Shown: positions 39,700 through 50,214 of the stretch, piece after piece
Position numbering within the stretch: position 1 is the stretch's first letter
Layout of the letters: each line of letters starts with the position of its first letter
NCBI GenBank assembly: GCA_965217865.1
Contig: CBDCJO010000002.1
Coordinates: forward strand, 1,472,001-1,536,000
Origin: Candidatus Latescibacterota bacterium
GTDB lineage: Bacteria > Latescibacterota > UBA2968 > SICM01
DNA: 64,000 bases
Direction: 5' to 3'
The notes under the pieces: generated by a model
What the model saw: the letters and a program-made list of their open reading frames with translations, nothing else
Told to the model about the DNA's origin: nothing
Databases searched by the model: none
Program-made: the position numbers and the translations under genes

Positions 39700-40287
39700 G
39701 ATACCCCTTCCTTTGGAAGGGGAGGAAAAGTTTAGCTTGCCGAAGGCAAGCTAAAAGGCTGTCTTATCGTGTGCAGACCACTGAGACTCATATCGACTCA
39801 GGAGGCATACGATGGGACTCCGACGGACCAGTCACGCAGTCTATGATAGCCAGTATCCTCTGGTATGGGCACCGAAGTATCGGAAATGGATTCTGCGAGG
39901 TGACCTTCGAGAGTATGTGGGCAAGCTGTTTCATCGGATAGCAGAGGATTTTGGTTTTGACATCCAAGAGATGGAAGTGGCCGAAGATCATGTGCATATT
40001 TTCTTGTCGTTTCCTCCCCGGTATTCGATTTCTAAGGTAGTGGGCATTTTGAAGAGTATTTCGGGCAGCGGGGTCTTCCGAGAACATCCAGAGGTGAAAC
40101 GGGAGTTATGGGGTGGAGAATTCTGGGAAGATGGTTATTTTGCCCGCACCGTAGGCGACAAGGTGACTTCTGAAGTGATTGAGCAATATATTCGGTATCA
40201 TCGTCAAGAGCAGAAAGGGCCCCTACAGTTGGATCTGTTTGGGGATGGGAGTGGTTAATGCCCCGCCCTTTGGGCGGGGTGGTTTAC
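39700..40287 (+). mobile_element. IS200/IS605-family element (tnpA only)
   Basis: Left hairpin TTTAGCTTGCC-GAA-GGCAAGCTAAA, right hairpin CCCCGCCC-TTT-GGGCGGGG followed by TTTAC; left end approximate. Confidence 0.75.
39812..40258 (+). CDS. tnpA: IS200/IS605 Y1 transposase
   Basis: LVWAPKYR, EDHVH (HUH), LWGGEFW..GYF, catalytic YI; GGAGG RBS. Confidence 0.93.
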   Translation: MGLRRTSHAVYDSQYPLVWAPKYRKWILRGDLREYVGKLFHRIAEDFGFDIQEMEVAEDHVHIFLSFPPRYSISKVVGILKSISGSGVFREHPEVKRELWGGEFWEDGYFARTVGDKVTSEVIEQYIRYHRQEQKGPLQLDLFGDGSG

Positions 40288-40470
40288 TAGACCATTAGAT
40301 CATTTTCGATCTTCCCCTCTCCCGGCACCCGGGAGAGGGGTGCCGAGCTTGCGAGGCGGGGTGAGGGAGCACGACGGCGTTCCAAAAAGTGTGCAATGCA
40401 AAAGAAAGTCTTGCACGGAAAGGCAATAATTCAAGACCTGAGAATGCAGTGTGATTTTCGGAACACACCG

Positions 40471-42702
40471 CTATAGTCCCGATTTGTAGCCCGACTTGCC
40501 GATGTTCACCCCCTGGATGCACTCCACACGGGTCTGGACCGTCACCTCGCCCGGGGCTGGCGTCCGGTCCATCGGCGGCCTGGGGGCCTCCAGATCGAGA
40601 CGGCCCTCGTTCTTCGTTGGATGGACCTCCTCGAAAGGTTTGAGCGGTGGCGAATCTTCCAGGGAAAAATCATCGAAGTCACCCAGGACTTCCTGGCCGT
40701 TGATGAGCAGTTCCACTTTTCCCCGGCACATCGAATAGATCTCCTTCCAGAACGGGTCCACCTCGTCACGGACTCCCACGTTTATGACATCGACGAGATC
40801 GCGTTCGATCCAGTCGCGAACGTCCCGCCCCCATTTGATGTTGAACGCCTCGTCCCCCCCGGCATCCGCAACGATCTTGATCTCGCTTCCCTGTTCGGCC
40901 GATTCCTCCGCGACCATCTCCCTCAGCTCGACGAACAGCTCCGACAGGTAGCCCGCCCGGAATTTCACCCAACGCGGCTCGTTACGGGGAAGCTGGCGCG
41001 GGTCCTCGCCGAATTTCTCCTTGAATGCCTCGCACACGTGGGGCTCGTAAAGCAGGAAGGGTACACCCCGGGAGAAGCCCACGACGATTCCCTCGCACAG
41101 GCCGCCTTGGGATCGGCTGATCTGAATGACCTCTCTGTACAGGCTCGTGATGTAGGTTCGCACTTCGGGGAAGGCGTAGCTCATCGTGTGGGACTTGGTG
41201 CCGTCCTGTTCCACCGCGAGGCACTCGGGATGGTCGCGGTAGAAAGGACCTGAGAAGAATTGAAACGGTTGGGCGTAGCCCCAGGCGCCCACGCGGAAGA
41301 ATATCCAGAAATCCATCCCCATCCGCTTCGCCTCGTCCGCCCAGACGGCCAGGCAGTTGATCCCTTTTCGGATCATTGCGGCATTCGACTCGATCACGGC
41401 CGAATCGTAATGGGCCTGCTCCACTTCGTAGCGGTCCATGACCTCGCCGATGGCGGTGGGGTAGCGCGTTTTGTCGGCGGGGCCGTTGACGTCGATCATG
41501 ATGGTGTTATAAGGTGAGTAGCGCAACCAGTCGAGAACGGCCCGGACCTCACCCTCTGTGTGCGTCGTATCTCCCCCGACGTCAACGCGTGTCGCCATCC
41601 GCGGCTTCATCGTGAGGACGGGAGCCGCGGCCTGAACAGGGGCCTCTGCCGGGACCATACGGAACCACGCGATTCCACACCGGACATTGAACGGGGCCAT
41701 GTCGGAGCGGAACGGATGTTCGTGGGGGATCGTGTCCCGTCCCGCCTTTTGTCTCAGATGGAGGTTCTGTCCACTCAGCCGTGCGCGCTTCCACAGCCTT
41801 TCCCGAAGCAAACCGCGCTCGGGCGGATATCGTTTGTATGAGGTGATGTATTGGGGGCGCTGAGGATGCAGCGACAGGTAGGAAAAACTCCGGTCATCGG
41901 TGAGCCTGAGATCGACTCCGCTGTAGAAGAAGCGGTCGTAGGGTGAGCCGGGATCGTAGAGGCCCACGTAGATATCGTACCAGCCTTCCAGCGACGCGTC
42001 GCCCAGAGGAAGGACGACCTCCCGGCCGTGGGAGTTTTCATCCACTTCCATGGCCACGCCACGATCCACGCCTAATTTCGATGCCCGGTAGTCGGCCAAC
42101 CGCCAGGTGTCCGAATGCGTGTTCACACACTCCGGGGTCTCGATCGGGATCAGCTTGATCCCGGCGAGGGCGCAGCGTAGCGTCAGGTCCTTCCACCACG
42201 GTACCTGTGCCAGGTGCAGATCCTGATCGGTCAGATCGGCGATCTTCCAGACGTGTTCGATAAAGATCTCGGCCTTTCCGTAGCCATCAATTTTTTTGAA
42301 CTGCTCAGCGTGCCAGACGGACCAGTTCGCATCGTCGGTCAGCCTGGCGTGAATCCCCTCGCCCGGGGAGCGATCGGAAGGCCCGAAGGGGTCCCACATC
42401 GCATAGCGGATCTCGTACCACCCGTCGAGTCCCAGGTTCGTCAGGGGAACCTTTACGGGCTGGGCGTGGGTGACCTGGGTGCCATAGAGCGCGACGCCCT
42501 TCACGTCTCCGGCCTTGTAATCCAGCAACTGCCACACGCCGGGGTGCTGCGGCTGGGGGGAGACGAAGGCCGACGGCTCGCAGGTGCTGAAGTCGGTGAT
42601 GGTGACGGTTTCTCTGGCTGCGTCGGCATGGTCCTCGAGTACGCACCGGCTCATATCCGAGATCAGCCGTTCGTCTCGACCGTTGTTGTGGGGCATCGCC
42701 AT
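40471..42702 (-). CDS. GHL10-like TIM-barrel protein with tandem duplicated N-terminal beta module, copy 1
   Basis: Two GWY(E/D)I..G/M.DP...WK.A.L..Q.LHL.Q...RC..A modules, then FYRDHPE, MSYAFPEVR, DVRDWIERDLVD. Confidence 0.72.
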   Translation of the reverse strand: MAMPHNNGRDERLISDMSRCVLEDHADAARETVTITDFSTCEPSAFVSPQPQHPGVWQLLDYKAGDVKGVALYGTQVTHAQPVKVPLTNLGLDGWYEIRYAMWDPFGPSDRSPGEGIHARLTDDANWSVWHAEQFKKIDGYGKAEIFIEHVWKIADLTDQDLHLAQVPWWKDLTLRCALAGIKLIPIETPECVNTHSDTWRLADYRASKLGVDRGVAMEVDENSHGREVVLPLGDASLEGWYDIYVGLYDPGSPYDRFFYSGVDLRLTDDRSFSYLSLHPQRPQYITSYKRYPPERGLLRERLWKRARLSGQNLHLRQKAGRDTIPHEHPFRSDMAPFNVRCGIAWFRMVPAEAPVQAAAPVLTMKPRMATRVDVGGDTTHTEGEVRAVLDWLRYSPYNTIMIDVNGPADKTRYPTAIGEVMDRYEVEQAHYDSAVIESNAAMIRKGINCLAVWADEAKRMGMDFWIFFRVGAWGYAQPFQFFSGPFYRDHPECLAVEQDGTKSHTMSYAFPEVRTYITSLYREVIQISRSQGGLCEGIVVGFSRGVPFLLYEPHVCEAFKEKFGEDPRQLPRNEPRWVKFRAGYLSELFVELREMVAEESAEQGSEIKIVADAGGDEAFNIKWGRDVRDWIERDLVDVINVGVRDEVDPFWKEIYSMCRGKVELLINGQEVLGDFDDFSLEDSPPLKPFEEVHPTKNEGRLDLEAPRPPMDRTPAPGEVTVQTRVECIQGVNIGKSGYKSGL

Positions 42703-42760
42703 GTCTCCTTTCAGGTTTCACTTCCAAACGGACCCGGAACCGCTCTCTCCGGAATTCCTT

Positions 42761-44737
42761 TCACAAAAAATGAAGCAACTCCCTGATGCTTGAGATGACC
42801 GCTTCCCCCAGGATCATCCCCAGGAAGAAAGGCCGGATGTAGCCGTAGAGCGACGGCCCTCCATATTTCAGCACGTTCAGCTTGACCAACCACCCCACGA
42901 AGATATTGATCCAAAACGCTGTATGGATCGTGCCCGCTGCGTAGCCGATCGGGTGGATGGGCCACCAGTAGAACCGCTTCCGCGCAAAGATCAGTACGGA
43001 CATTGCGGCAGCGCCAACCCCGGACCAGAGGAGGCGGATGGGCTGCCCATCAGAAGAGTCGCTGATTGCGGAGCCGTAGTAGTTCAGATGGCGGTTCAGG
43101 AGCTCAGTCACGTATTGCTGCATCGAGAACCCATATGCTCCCAGACTGTAAGCATGATGCAGCATCGTAACCGTCGTCGTCACCCCTCCCACCAGAAGTG
43201 TCAGAAGCAGCAAGTAGATAAGGAGCCGGGATCGCTGCCGTGTCCCGTGCGTCAATTTAAGGGTCGTTGACGCGCCGGCCATGACGTGCGTCCTCGCGGG
43301 AAAGGCCCAGGGTTGGGCCAGGAAAAAACCCGCCGTTGTGGATGGACTAAGTATCCGGGTGCCGGCCGAGTGCAGGAATATCTGCATCGAACTCATAGGG
43401 GCGCCCAACACGACCCCGGTCTCTGCCAGGACGCGGGTGACGCCCACGAAGGTTACCAGCATCACGGCCACGAAGATCGGCAAGATCCACGAGGAGATCC
43501 CGGTCATCCAGAGCCAGCAGCAGATGAATACGACCCCACCGACGGAGCCGAAGACCGCCGTACGGTAGGAGAGCAGTTCGTCCCTGTCGTCCACCCCTGG
43601 AGCGTACCCGAAGGCCTTCCCGAACACATCTCTCAGGTGGTCCCGGGCCTCATACAACCCGACGCAGACCAGCACGGCCAGCGCGCCGATCACCTCCTGG
43701 TGCAGATGGGTATAGTGCACAGAAGGCCGGTTGGGCGGACTTCCCAGGATGGCGCTGCCGGACACTATGATCAGGTAGATCTGGACGTAACTGATCAGGG
43801 TGAAAAGCAGAATGCTGGCCAGGATCTCGAGCGAGACCAGGTAGCTGATCCCCAGGACAAGGAAATTCGTGTAGATGGGCACCCCGATCGAGTTTCTGTA
43901 GAAACGGGTATAGAAGCTGAGATTGATTGCAGGGATAACGGGAAGCAGCATTTTCAGTATGGCCGTGAAACCGACGAAAGCGGGCAGTGTGAAGCCGGAC
44001 CAGAAGATCCCGTTCCCAAGCAGCGGTCGCACCCCCGGCTCTCCGCCCGTCAGCGTCAGAGGAAGCTGCGCAAGGGGGAAAGAAAGTCGTTCATGGTCGA
44101 TCCACGGCTTGCGCAGGATTACCATCAACGAAATCATGACGAAATAAAGCGCCCCCAGGAGGATGGACCATGCGGCCATGGGCCAAATCCATACCCCGTA
44201 CGGCACGCCGCCTCCGGAGGAGAGGCCTTCGAAGAAACCCTTGGCCACGGCGTGATCTTTGATGACCAGCCCATCCGGCAGAACAGGTAAAACCAGGCTG
44301 TCCCATTGATTTTCCCGGGTGGCGTAGAAGGAAAACCCGGCCATGTGAGGAATCAGATAGAAAACGGTGATGAGGACGGCCGAGGCCAGTGTCAGCATCG
44401 AGAAGATGATGAGCAACTCTCTCGGCTCCAACCCTGAACGCATGATCCCGACCCGTTTCAGGAGGCCGATACTCAGGATCAGGACAAAAAGGAGAAACAG
44501 CGCTCCTGACCCGAGTCCGTTTGACGTCAAACCCGAAAGGCCCCTTCCACCGACGGCCTGGGCCGATGCCTCCAGAAAGGCCAGCATGCCGCTCAGGGCG
44601 AGACCGATGAGGGCCGCCCGCCAAGTCAAGCCCTGCGCGATGGGGGAGGCCTCCGCCGACGTCACCCCGGGTAGCTCACGTCCGGTTTCGATCGTTCCGG
44701 ACCACGGGTCCGGCTGATTTCCTGATTTCCGTTCCAT
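42761..44737 (-). CDS. DUF6785/DUF6784-like polytopic membrane protein (OPT-like putative transporter), copy 1
   Basis: ELL.IFSML, ENQW, LRKPWIDHERLSFPL, ELLSYRTAVFG, AETG, WWPIHPIGY, LKYGG, PFFLGMILGE; many TM helices. Confidence 0.78.
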   Translation of the reverse strand: MERKSGNQPDPWSGTIETGRELPGVTSAEASPIAQGLTWRAALIGLALSGMLAFLEASAQAVGGRGLSGLTSNGLGSGALFLLFVLILSIGLLKRVGIMRSGLEPRELLIIFSMLTLASAVLITVFYLIPHMAGFSFYATRENQWDSLVLPVLPDGLVIKDHAVAKGFFEGLSSGGGVPYGVWIWPMAAWSILLGALYFVMISLMVILRKPWIDHERLSFPLAQLPLTLTGGEPGVRPLLGNGIFWSGFTLPAFVGFTAILKMLLPVIPAINLSFYTRFYRNSIGVPIYTNFLVLGISYLVSLEILASILLFTLISYVQIYLIIVSGSAILGSPPNRPSVHYTHLHQEVIGALAVLVCVGLYEARDHLRDVFGKAFGYAPGVDDRDELLSYRTAVFGSVGGVVFICCWLWMTGISSWILPIFVAVMLVTFVGVTRVLAETGVVLGAPMSSMQIFLHSAGTRILSPSTTAGFFLAQPWAFPARTHVMAGASTTLKLTHGTRQRSRLLIYLLLLTLLVGGVTTTVTMLHHAYSLGAYGFSMQQYVTELLNRHLNYYGSAISDSSDGQPIRLLWSGVGAAAMSVLIFARKRFYWWPIHPIGYAAGTIHTAFWINIFVGWLVKLNVLKYGGPSLYGYIRPFFLGMILGEAVISSIRELLHFL

Positions 44738-44798
44738 TTTAGACTGAGTCGATATCTAAGCCCCGACGGCCGATTGAAAAAGCACGACATCGTGCCCG

Positions 44799-46328
44799 TT
44801 ACTTCGGGGTAACACGGACTTCGACTTCCTGAATTGTCACATTCTCTGTGACAGCGGGATCATCGCGCAGGGTGAAGCCGATCTCATTGGCTCCGTCTCG
44901 GAGCATCCCGTCTTCGAGCGGGAACTGCGCGTAGAGAAACCCTTCGCTTTTGTGGGGGATCAGTGACAGCTTATCGGTGGGAATCTCCTGATCATTGACA
45001 TCCACACACAGAGAACGGATGTCGGTAAGCCTGCGCGCTTTGAACCGGACCGAGGCCTCCGCATGCTTGAGGTCTTCGTGCAGGCGACAGGGAACGGTCT
45101 TCCGCCCTGAAGCGCCAGGGGTCAGCTCGACATGGAGGAAATAGGACTCGGAGAAGAGCGCGCCTTTCATGTAGATGTAACGCCGTTCCTTTCCCTCGAT
45201 CCCTTCAGGAAGACAGATGTCTGGGAGAGGGTCGTACCCGGAAGGGGAGAAGTTGAAGAACGACAGGCCGTCGGCCCCCTCGGCGTAGAACCCGTGGGCC
45301 AGGGCACGAATGTTCTCTCGCGTCACCTGGGAGGTGCCTTGTTCAGTTTCTTTCAACCCATACTCCTCCGGGAGGCAGAGGTCGCTCTGGTAGGAGGTGA
45401 GTCCGATGATTCCAGGGTATACGGCACAGCTCGTGGAGGAGGCCAGCTCGACCCAGGGTTCGATGACCATGTTGAAATCGGTCACATAGGTTTCCGTGGG
45501 GCTCACGTAGTCCAGCAGCCCGTCCTGAATCCACGCGTCGACGTCCATGCCTCCGACGCGGCAGAAATCGATATCCCAGGGTACGATCGCGCCGACGACG
45601 GGCGAGGTCTTCCCCCGTTTGGTGACGGCCTCGACGACGATCCTGCGACATTCGGCGACGAAGGTCGTCAAGTGGTGCGCGTTCTTTGACGGAAAGCTGA
45701 CGCAGTGCGGGCCTCTGAGGAAGTTGAGGGTCAGGCCGGCCACATCGTATCGCTCGATGAACTCCCTGACCAGCGACAGGCGGTTTTCGCGCACCTCGGG
45801 AACGGAATAGTCGAGCAGATGCGGTCGAAGCTCCGAGTCGATGCACGAATGCTGGACAGGGCCCACGCAGGGGTAGTCGAACGAGGGGGGACCGCCGGCC
45901 GCATTTTCGATGACACCGATTCGCCACTCGGGATGCTTGAGCCAGAACCAGCCTGCAAATTCCGGATGGTAGGTCACGTGGTGGCCGTCGTTGGGCCGCA
46001 GCTTGGCGAGCATGGTAAGGCCGTGACCGTTGACCTCATCGACCAACAGCTTGAAGGGATCCACATCGGCCGCCATCAATCCGCGCATCGCGACGGCCAT
46101 GGGCGTCCGAACCGACGGGATGTTTCCCAGGACCTGCCCGACACGGGTTGGGAAATACCAGCAGATCCCCTCCTGGGTGGCCGCACACACGCTGATGATG
46201 TCCGCCCCGCTCTCCAGGAACAATCGGATGGCCTTTGCCAGTCTCGCGGGGCCGTCCTCTCCGGCGGCCTCTGCCACATAGCCGTGGTCGTCGTGGATGA
46301 CGATCTTTTTCCCATTGGAATTTTTCAC
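44799..46328 (-). CDS. GHL10/DUF187-like TIM-barrel protein with C-terminal beta-sandwich (paralog of 15902-17482)
   Basis: IVIHDD, RPNDGHH, LDYSVPEVR, GADGLSFFNF; colinear with 15902-17482. Confidence 0.72.
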   Translation of the reverse strand: MKNSNGKKIVIHDDHGYVAEAAGEDGPARLAKAIRLFLESGADIISVCAATQEGICWYFPTRVGQVLGNIPSVRTPMAVAMRGLMAADVDPFKLLVDEVNGHGLTMLAKLRPNDGHHVTYHPEFAGWFWLKHPEWRIGVIENAAGGPPSFDYPCVGPVQHSCIDSELRPHLLDYSVPEVRENRLSLVREFIERYDVAGLTLNFLRGPHCVSFPSKNAHHLTTFVAECRRIVVEAVTKRGKTSPVVGAIVPWDIDFCRVGGMDVDAWIQDGLLDYVSPTETYVTDFNMVIEPWVELASSTSCAVYPGIIGLTSYQSDLCLPEEYGLKETEQGTSQVTRENIRALAHGFYAEGADGLSFFNFSPSGYDPLPDICLPEGIEGKERRYIYMKGALFSESYFLHVELTPGASGRKTVPCRLHEDLKHAEASVRFKARRLTDIRSLCVDVNDQEIPTDKLSLIPHKSEGFLYAQFPLEDGMLRDGANEIGFTLRDDPAVTENVTIQEVEVRVTPK

Positions 46329-47815
46329 GCTACGCTCCTTTGCTTATCATAAAACTGGAGAGCGAAAAGGTCGGCGTCCTTCATGACGAACCGAAGCCGA
46401 ACGGGCATGCCGGCAAGCGAGCTTAAGTCGCCGGACTCCTTCCAGGCGACCCCCCGCACTATGTGGTCGCCGTATATCTCCGGACAGTCCTCAAGTTTGA
46501 AGCCAGTCAAAGGTTCGCCCGAGGCGTCCTGGATCTCCACCCTCACGGAGCCGGCCGCGGACGTCGCGTAGTTGATCACGAGCCCTCCACCCGAAAAGAC
46601 CAGAGGCCTGGTGATCAGCTCACCCCCGGGATAGCCCGCGTGCATTGAGACGAATCCGTCAAGCCTCAGGGTGGAACGACGCAAATGGATGTCATCGTGC
46701 TGCCAGTGCGAGACGTAGTAGAGGGACATCTCATCCGGCCCGGTCTGCAGTATGCCGGGCGAGCAGGTGAAGTTTCCGTGATTTACCCAGTTGCGCTCGT
46801 CCAACCCCGGCCGGAGGAACGCCTCCTTGAAACGCCGATCCCAGTGCAGTCCGTCCCGGCTGCTCATGAACAGCGCATCGGCGAGTCCCGCGGTTCGGGC
46901 GATGGCGCTGCCCGCCCAACCTCTGATCGTTTCACGATCGGGGATGAAACGCATCGGAAAGCCCACGAACATATGCGGGGCGCGAAAATACTTTGTCACG
47001 GCGTTCGTATAGAGGTGCTCCAGAGGGGGATCCCCATCATAGATAAGCCACTCCTGCGGGGACCAGTTTATGTAGTCCTTAGACGTGCTCCGCGTAATCG
47101 CGCGCACCCGGTCCGGGACGCCCGCCCAGCGGTGGTATTCTTCCGGAGGCGCGTCCAGGTCGGGAGGCACCGTGAACCCCTTTTTCCGGGATACCCAGTT
47201 CCGCAAAAAGGCCATATACAGCTTGCTTTCGGGATCCCATAGAGACGTGTTGTGCGTGTCCAGGGGCCCCCCCACGATGACCGGCTCCTTGCGCCACCAT
47301 TCCCAGTGCAGGCCATCCGATGAGGACATGGTCCCCTTGGGGCCACCGTAGCCGAGGGTTATTCCACAGATGGCCTTGTAACGCCTCTCGGGGGGTGCCT
47401 CCGGATTTTCGTCCTTGAAACCGTGCCATTGGGGCGTTCCATCCCCTATATAGGTGATGTTGTTTTCTCTGCTCCCGTTGAACTCGTAAAGCCCAAGGTT
47501 CGGTTTGGTCCAGTTGATCCCGTCAATGCTTTCAGCGTAGCACGTGCAGGAGGATCCGGGCCTTCCCTTCTGCATTTCCCGGCGGCCCCCCCGGTAGTAC
47601 ATTCTGAATCTGTCGCCGTCCTTGAAGACGGTCGGGGTGCCGCTCATGTGCCCTTCCCAGGGCATGGTCAGGTCGAATATCATCCCCGCGTCCGTCGGCT
47701 TCTGCAGATCGAAACGCAGACCCTTCATCTCGTCGACGAGCCAGTCATCCACGAACAGCTCCAGGCGGGAGCCGATCTGGAGAGGCGCTGTCCCGTTCGA
47801 TATTCCCTTCGTCAA
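46325..47815 (-). CDS. Five-bladed beta-propeller glycoside hydrolase-like protein (paralog of 31299-32786)
   Basis: ELFVDD, CYAESIDGINWTKPNLG, DTHN..LWDP, SRDG..W.R, LRLDGFVS; TTG start after AGGAGG. Confidence 0.7.
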   Translation of the reverse strand: MTKGISNGTAPLQIGSRLELFVDDWLVDEMKGLRFDLQKPTDAGMIFDLTMPWEGHMSGTPTVFKDGDRFRMYYRGGRREMQKGRPGSSCTCYAESIDGINWTKPNLGLYEFNGSRENNITYIGDGTPQWHGFKDENPEAPPERRYKAICGITLGYGGPKGTMSSSDGLHWEWWRKEPVIVGGPLDTHNTSLWDPESKLYMAFLRNWVSRKKGFTVPPDLDAPPEEYHRWAGVPDRVRAITRSTSKDYINWSPQEWLIYDGDPPLEHLYTNAVTKYFRAPHMFVGFPMRFIPDRETIRGWAGSAIARTAGLADALFMSSRDGLHWDRRFKEAFLRPGLDERNWVNHGNFTCSPGILQTGPDEMSLYYVSHWQHDDIHLRRSTLRLDGFVSMHAGYPGGELITRPLVFSGGGLVINYATSAAGSVRVEIQDASGEPLTGFKLEDCPEIYGDHIVRGVAWKESGDLSSLAGMPVRLRFVMKDADLFALQFYDKQRSVA

Positions 47816-47900
47816 AGAAGATCCTCCTGTCTTGGCGATTTGGTTTCCGTTTTCACGTCTTTTTGTCCATCCGAGATTTCGGATCAGGAACCAGACTCGC

Positions 47901-50156
47901 CTACATGCCCGATTTGTAACCCGGCTTACCGATGTTCAATCCCTGTATACTCCCCACGCGGGTCTGGACCGTCACCTCGCCGGGGGCAGGCGTCCGGTCC
48001 ATTGGCGGTCTGGGGGCCTCCAGAACAAGACGGCCCTCATTCTTCGATGGATGGATCTCCTCGAAGGGTTTGAGCGGGGGCGGATCTTCAAGGGAAAAAT
48101 CATCGATGTCACCCAGGACCTCCTTGCCGTCGATGAGGATCTCGACTTTTCCCCTGCACATCGAATAGATCTTTTTCCAGAACGGGTCCACCTCGTTGCG
48201 GGCCCCGACGGTTATGACGTCGACGAGACCGCGGTCGACCCAGTCTCGAACGTCCCGCCCCCATTTGATGTTGAACGCCTCGTCCCCCCAGGCATCCGCA
48301 ACGATCTTGATCTCGCTCCCCTGTACTGCGGATTCCTCTGCGAGCATCCCCCGCAGCTCGACGAACAGCTCCGACAGGTAGCCCGCACGGAACTTCACCC
48401 AGCGCGGCTCATCGTCGGGAAGCTGGCGCGGGTCCTCGCCGAATTTCTCCTTGAACGCCTCGCACACGTGGGGCTCGTAAACCAGGAAGGGTACGCCCCG
48501 GGAGAAGCCCACGACGATTCCCTCGCACCGGCCACCTTCGGATCGGCTGATCTGAATGACCTCTCTGTACAGGCTCGTGATATAGCTTCGCACTTCGGGG
48601 AAGGCGTAGCTCATCGTGTGCCACGGCGTGCCGTCCTTGGCGACCGCGAGACATTCGGGATGGTCGCGGAAGAACGGCCCGCAGTAGGCCTGATACGGTT
48701 GGGCATAGCCCCAGGCGCCCACGCGGAAAAATATCCAGAAGTCCATCCCAATCCGTTTCACCTCGTCAGCCCAGACGGCCAGGCAGTTGACGCCGTTACG
48801 AATCATCGAAGCGTTGGACTCGATTATGCGTCGGTCTATGATTCGCAGCTCCACTTCGTAACGGTCCATCACCTCTCCGATGTCCGTGGGGTAGCGGGTT
48901 TTGTCCGGGGGGCCGTTGGGGTCAAGCATGATGGTGTTATAGGGGGAGTGGCTCAGCCAGTCGAGTGCAGCCCGGACATCACCCTCCGTACGAGTCAAAT
49001 CCCCCCCAACGTCAACACGCGTCGCGAGCCGGGGCTTCATCTTGGGGACGAGCGCCGTGGCTTGAACCGGCGCATCTGCAGGGACCAGCCGGAACCACGC
49101 GATACCGCACCGGACGTTGAACGGCGCGAAATCGGGACGGGGGTGCTCATGGGGGATTGTATCGAGATCCCGCTTCTGCCTCAGATGAATGCTCTGGCTG
49201 TCCAGCTTCGCGCGCTTCCACAGCCTTTCGGTGAACACACCGCGCTCTGCCGTCGGCCGAGCGGACTCGCCTGCAACCCGCCCCCCCAGATTGGGTTCGA
49301 CCCTCACGGGCCTCGGCGAATGGAGCTCCAAGTGGGAGAAACCCGGATCATCGCTGAGCTTCAGATCGACGCCGGGGTAGAAGAAGCGGTCGTAGGTTGA
49401 GCCGGGATCGTAGAGGCCCACGTAGATGTCGTACCAACCCTGAAGCGATGGGTCGTCCAGGGGAAGGAGGATCTCCCTTCCGCGGCAGTCCTCGTCCACC
49501 TCCAGGGCCACGCCTCGATCCACGCCGAAATCCGATCCCCGGTAATCGGCCAGTCGCCAGGTGTCCGAATGCGTGTTCACGCGCTCCGGCGTCTCGATCG
49601 GAATGAACTTGATCCTGGCAAGGGCGCAGCGCAGCGTCAGGTCCTGCCACCACGTGACCTGCGCCAGGTGCAGATCCTGATCGGTCAGATCGGCGATCTT
49701 CCAGACGTGTTCGATGAAGGTTTCGGCCTTTCCGTAGCCATCAATTTCTGTGAACTGCTCAGCGTGCCATACGGACCACTTCGCGTCGTCACTGAGCCTG
49801 GCGCGAATCCCCTCGCCCGGGGAGCGATCGGAAGGCCCGAAGGGGTCCCACATCGCATAGCGGATCTCGTACCAACCGTTGAGTCCAAGGTTCGTCAGGG
49901 GAACGTGAACCGGTTGGGCGTGGGTGTTCTCCGTGCCGTAGAGCGCGATTCCCTGAACTTCACTGGCCTCGTAATCCAGCAACTGCCACACGCCGGGGTG
50001 CTGGGGCTGGGGGGAGACGAAGGCCGACGGCTCGCACGCGCTGAAGTCGGTGATGGTGACGGTCTCCCTGGCTGCGGCGGCATGGTCCTCGAGTACGCAC
50101 CGGCTCATATCCGAGATCAGCCGTTCGTCTCGACCGTTGTTGTGGGGCATCGCCAT
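47901..50156 (-). CDS. GHL10-like TIM-barrel protein with duplicated N-terminal module, copy 2
   Basis: Colinear, highly similar to 40471-42702. Confidence 0.72.
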   Translation of the reverse strand: MAMPHNNGRDERLISDMSRCVLEDHAAAARETVTITDFSACEPSAFVSPQPQHPGVWQLLDYEASEVQGIALYGTENTHAQPVHVPLTNLGLNGWYEIRYAMWDPFGPSDRSPGEGIRARLSDDAKWSVWHAEQFTEIDGYGKAETFIEHVWKIADLTDQDLHLAQVTWWQDLTLRCALARIKFIPIETPERVNTHSDTWRLADYRGSDFGVDRGVALEVDEDCRGREILLPLDDPSLQGWYDIYVGLYDPGSTYDRFFYPGVDLKLSDDPGFSHLELHSPRPVRVEPNLGGRVAGESARPTAERGVFTERLWKRAKLDSQSIHLRQKRDLDTIPHEHPRPDFAPFNVRCGIAWFRLVPADAPVQATALVPKMKPRLATRVDVGGDLTRTEGDVRAALDWLSHSPYNTIMLDPNGPPDKTRYPTDIGEVMDRYEVELRIIDRRIIESNASMIRNGVNCLAVWADEVKRIGMDFWIFFRVGAWGYAQPYQAYCGPFFRDHPECLAVAKDGTPWHTMSYAFPEVRSYITSLYREVIQISRSEGGRCEGIVVGFSRGVPFLVYEPHVCEAFKEKFGEDPRQLPDDEPRWVKFRAGYLSELFVELRGMLAEESAVQGSEIKIVADAWGDEAFNIKWGRDVRDWVDRGLVDVITVGARNEVDPFWKKIYSMCRGKVEILIDGKEVLGDIDDFSLEDPPPLKPFEEIHPSKNEGRLVLEAPRPPMDRTPAPGEVTVQTRVGSIQGLNIGKPGYKSGM

Positions 50157-50214
50157 GTCTCCTTTCAGGTTTCACTTCCAAACGGACCCGGAACCGCTCT
50201 CTCCGGAATTCCTT

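Larger units (their letters stand above)
39499..40471. mobile_element. Putative IS630-type MITE carrying REP-like hairpins, with IS200 nested inside
   Basis: Imperfect IR TAGTGGCGTGTTACAGAATTAAC / TAGCGGTGTGTTCCGAAAATCAC (16/23 match), TA at both ends. Confidence 0.5.

Noticed and set aside
47622-49400. Long plus-strand ORFs (also 8156-9787, 21225-22622, 30059-31165, 53323-54411 and others)
   Set aside because: Antisense shadows of motif-bearing minus-strand genes, expected at high GC3; no recognisable motifs
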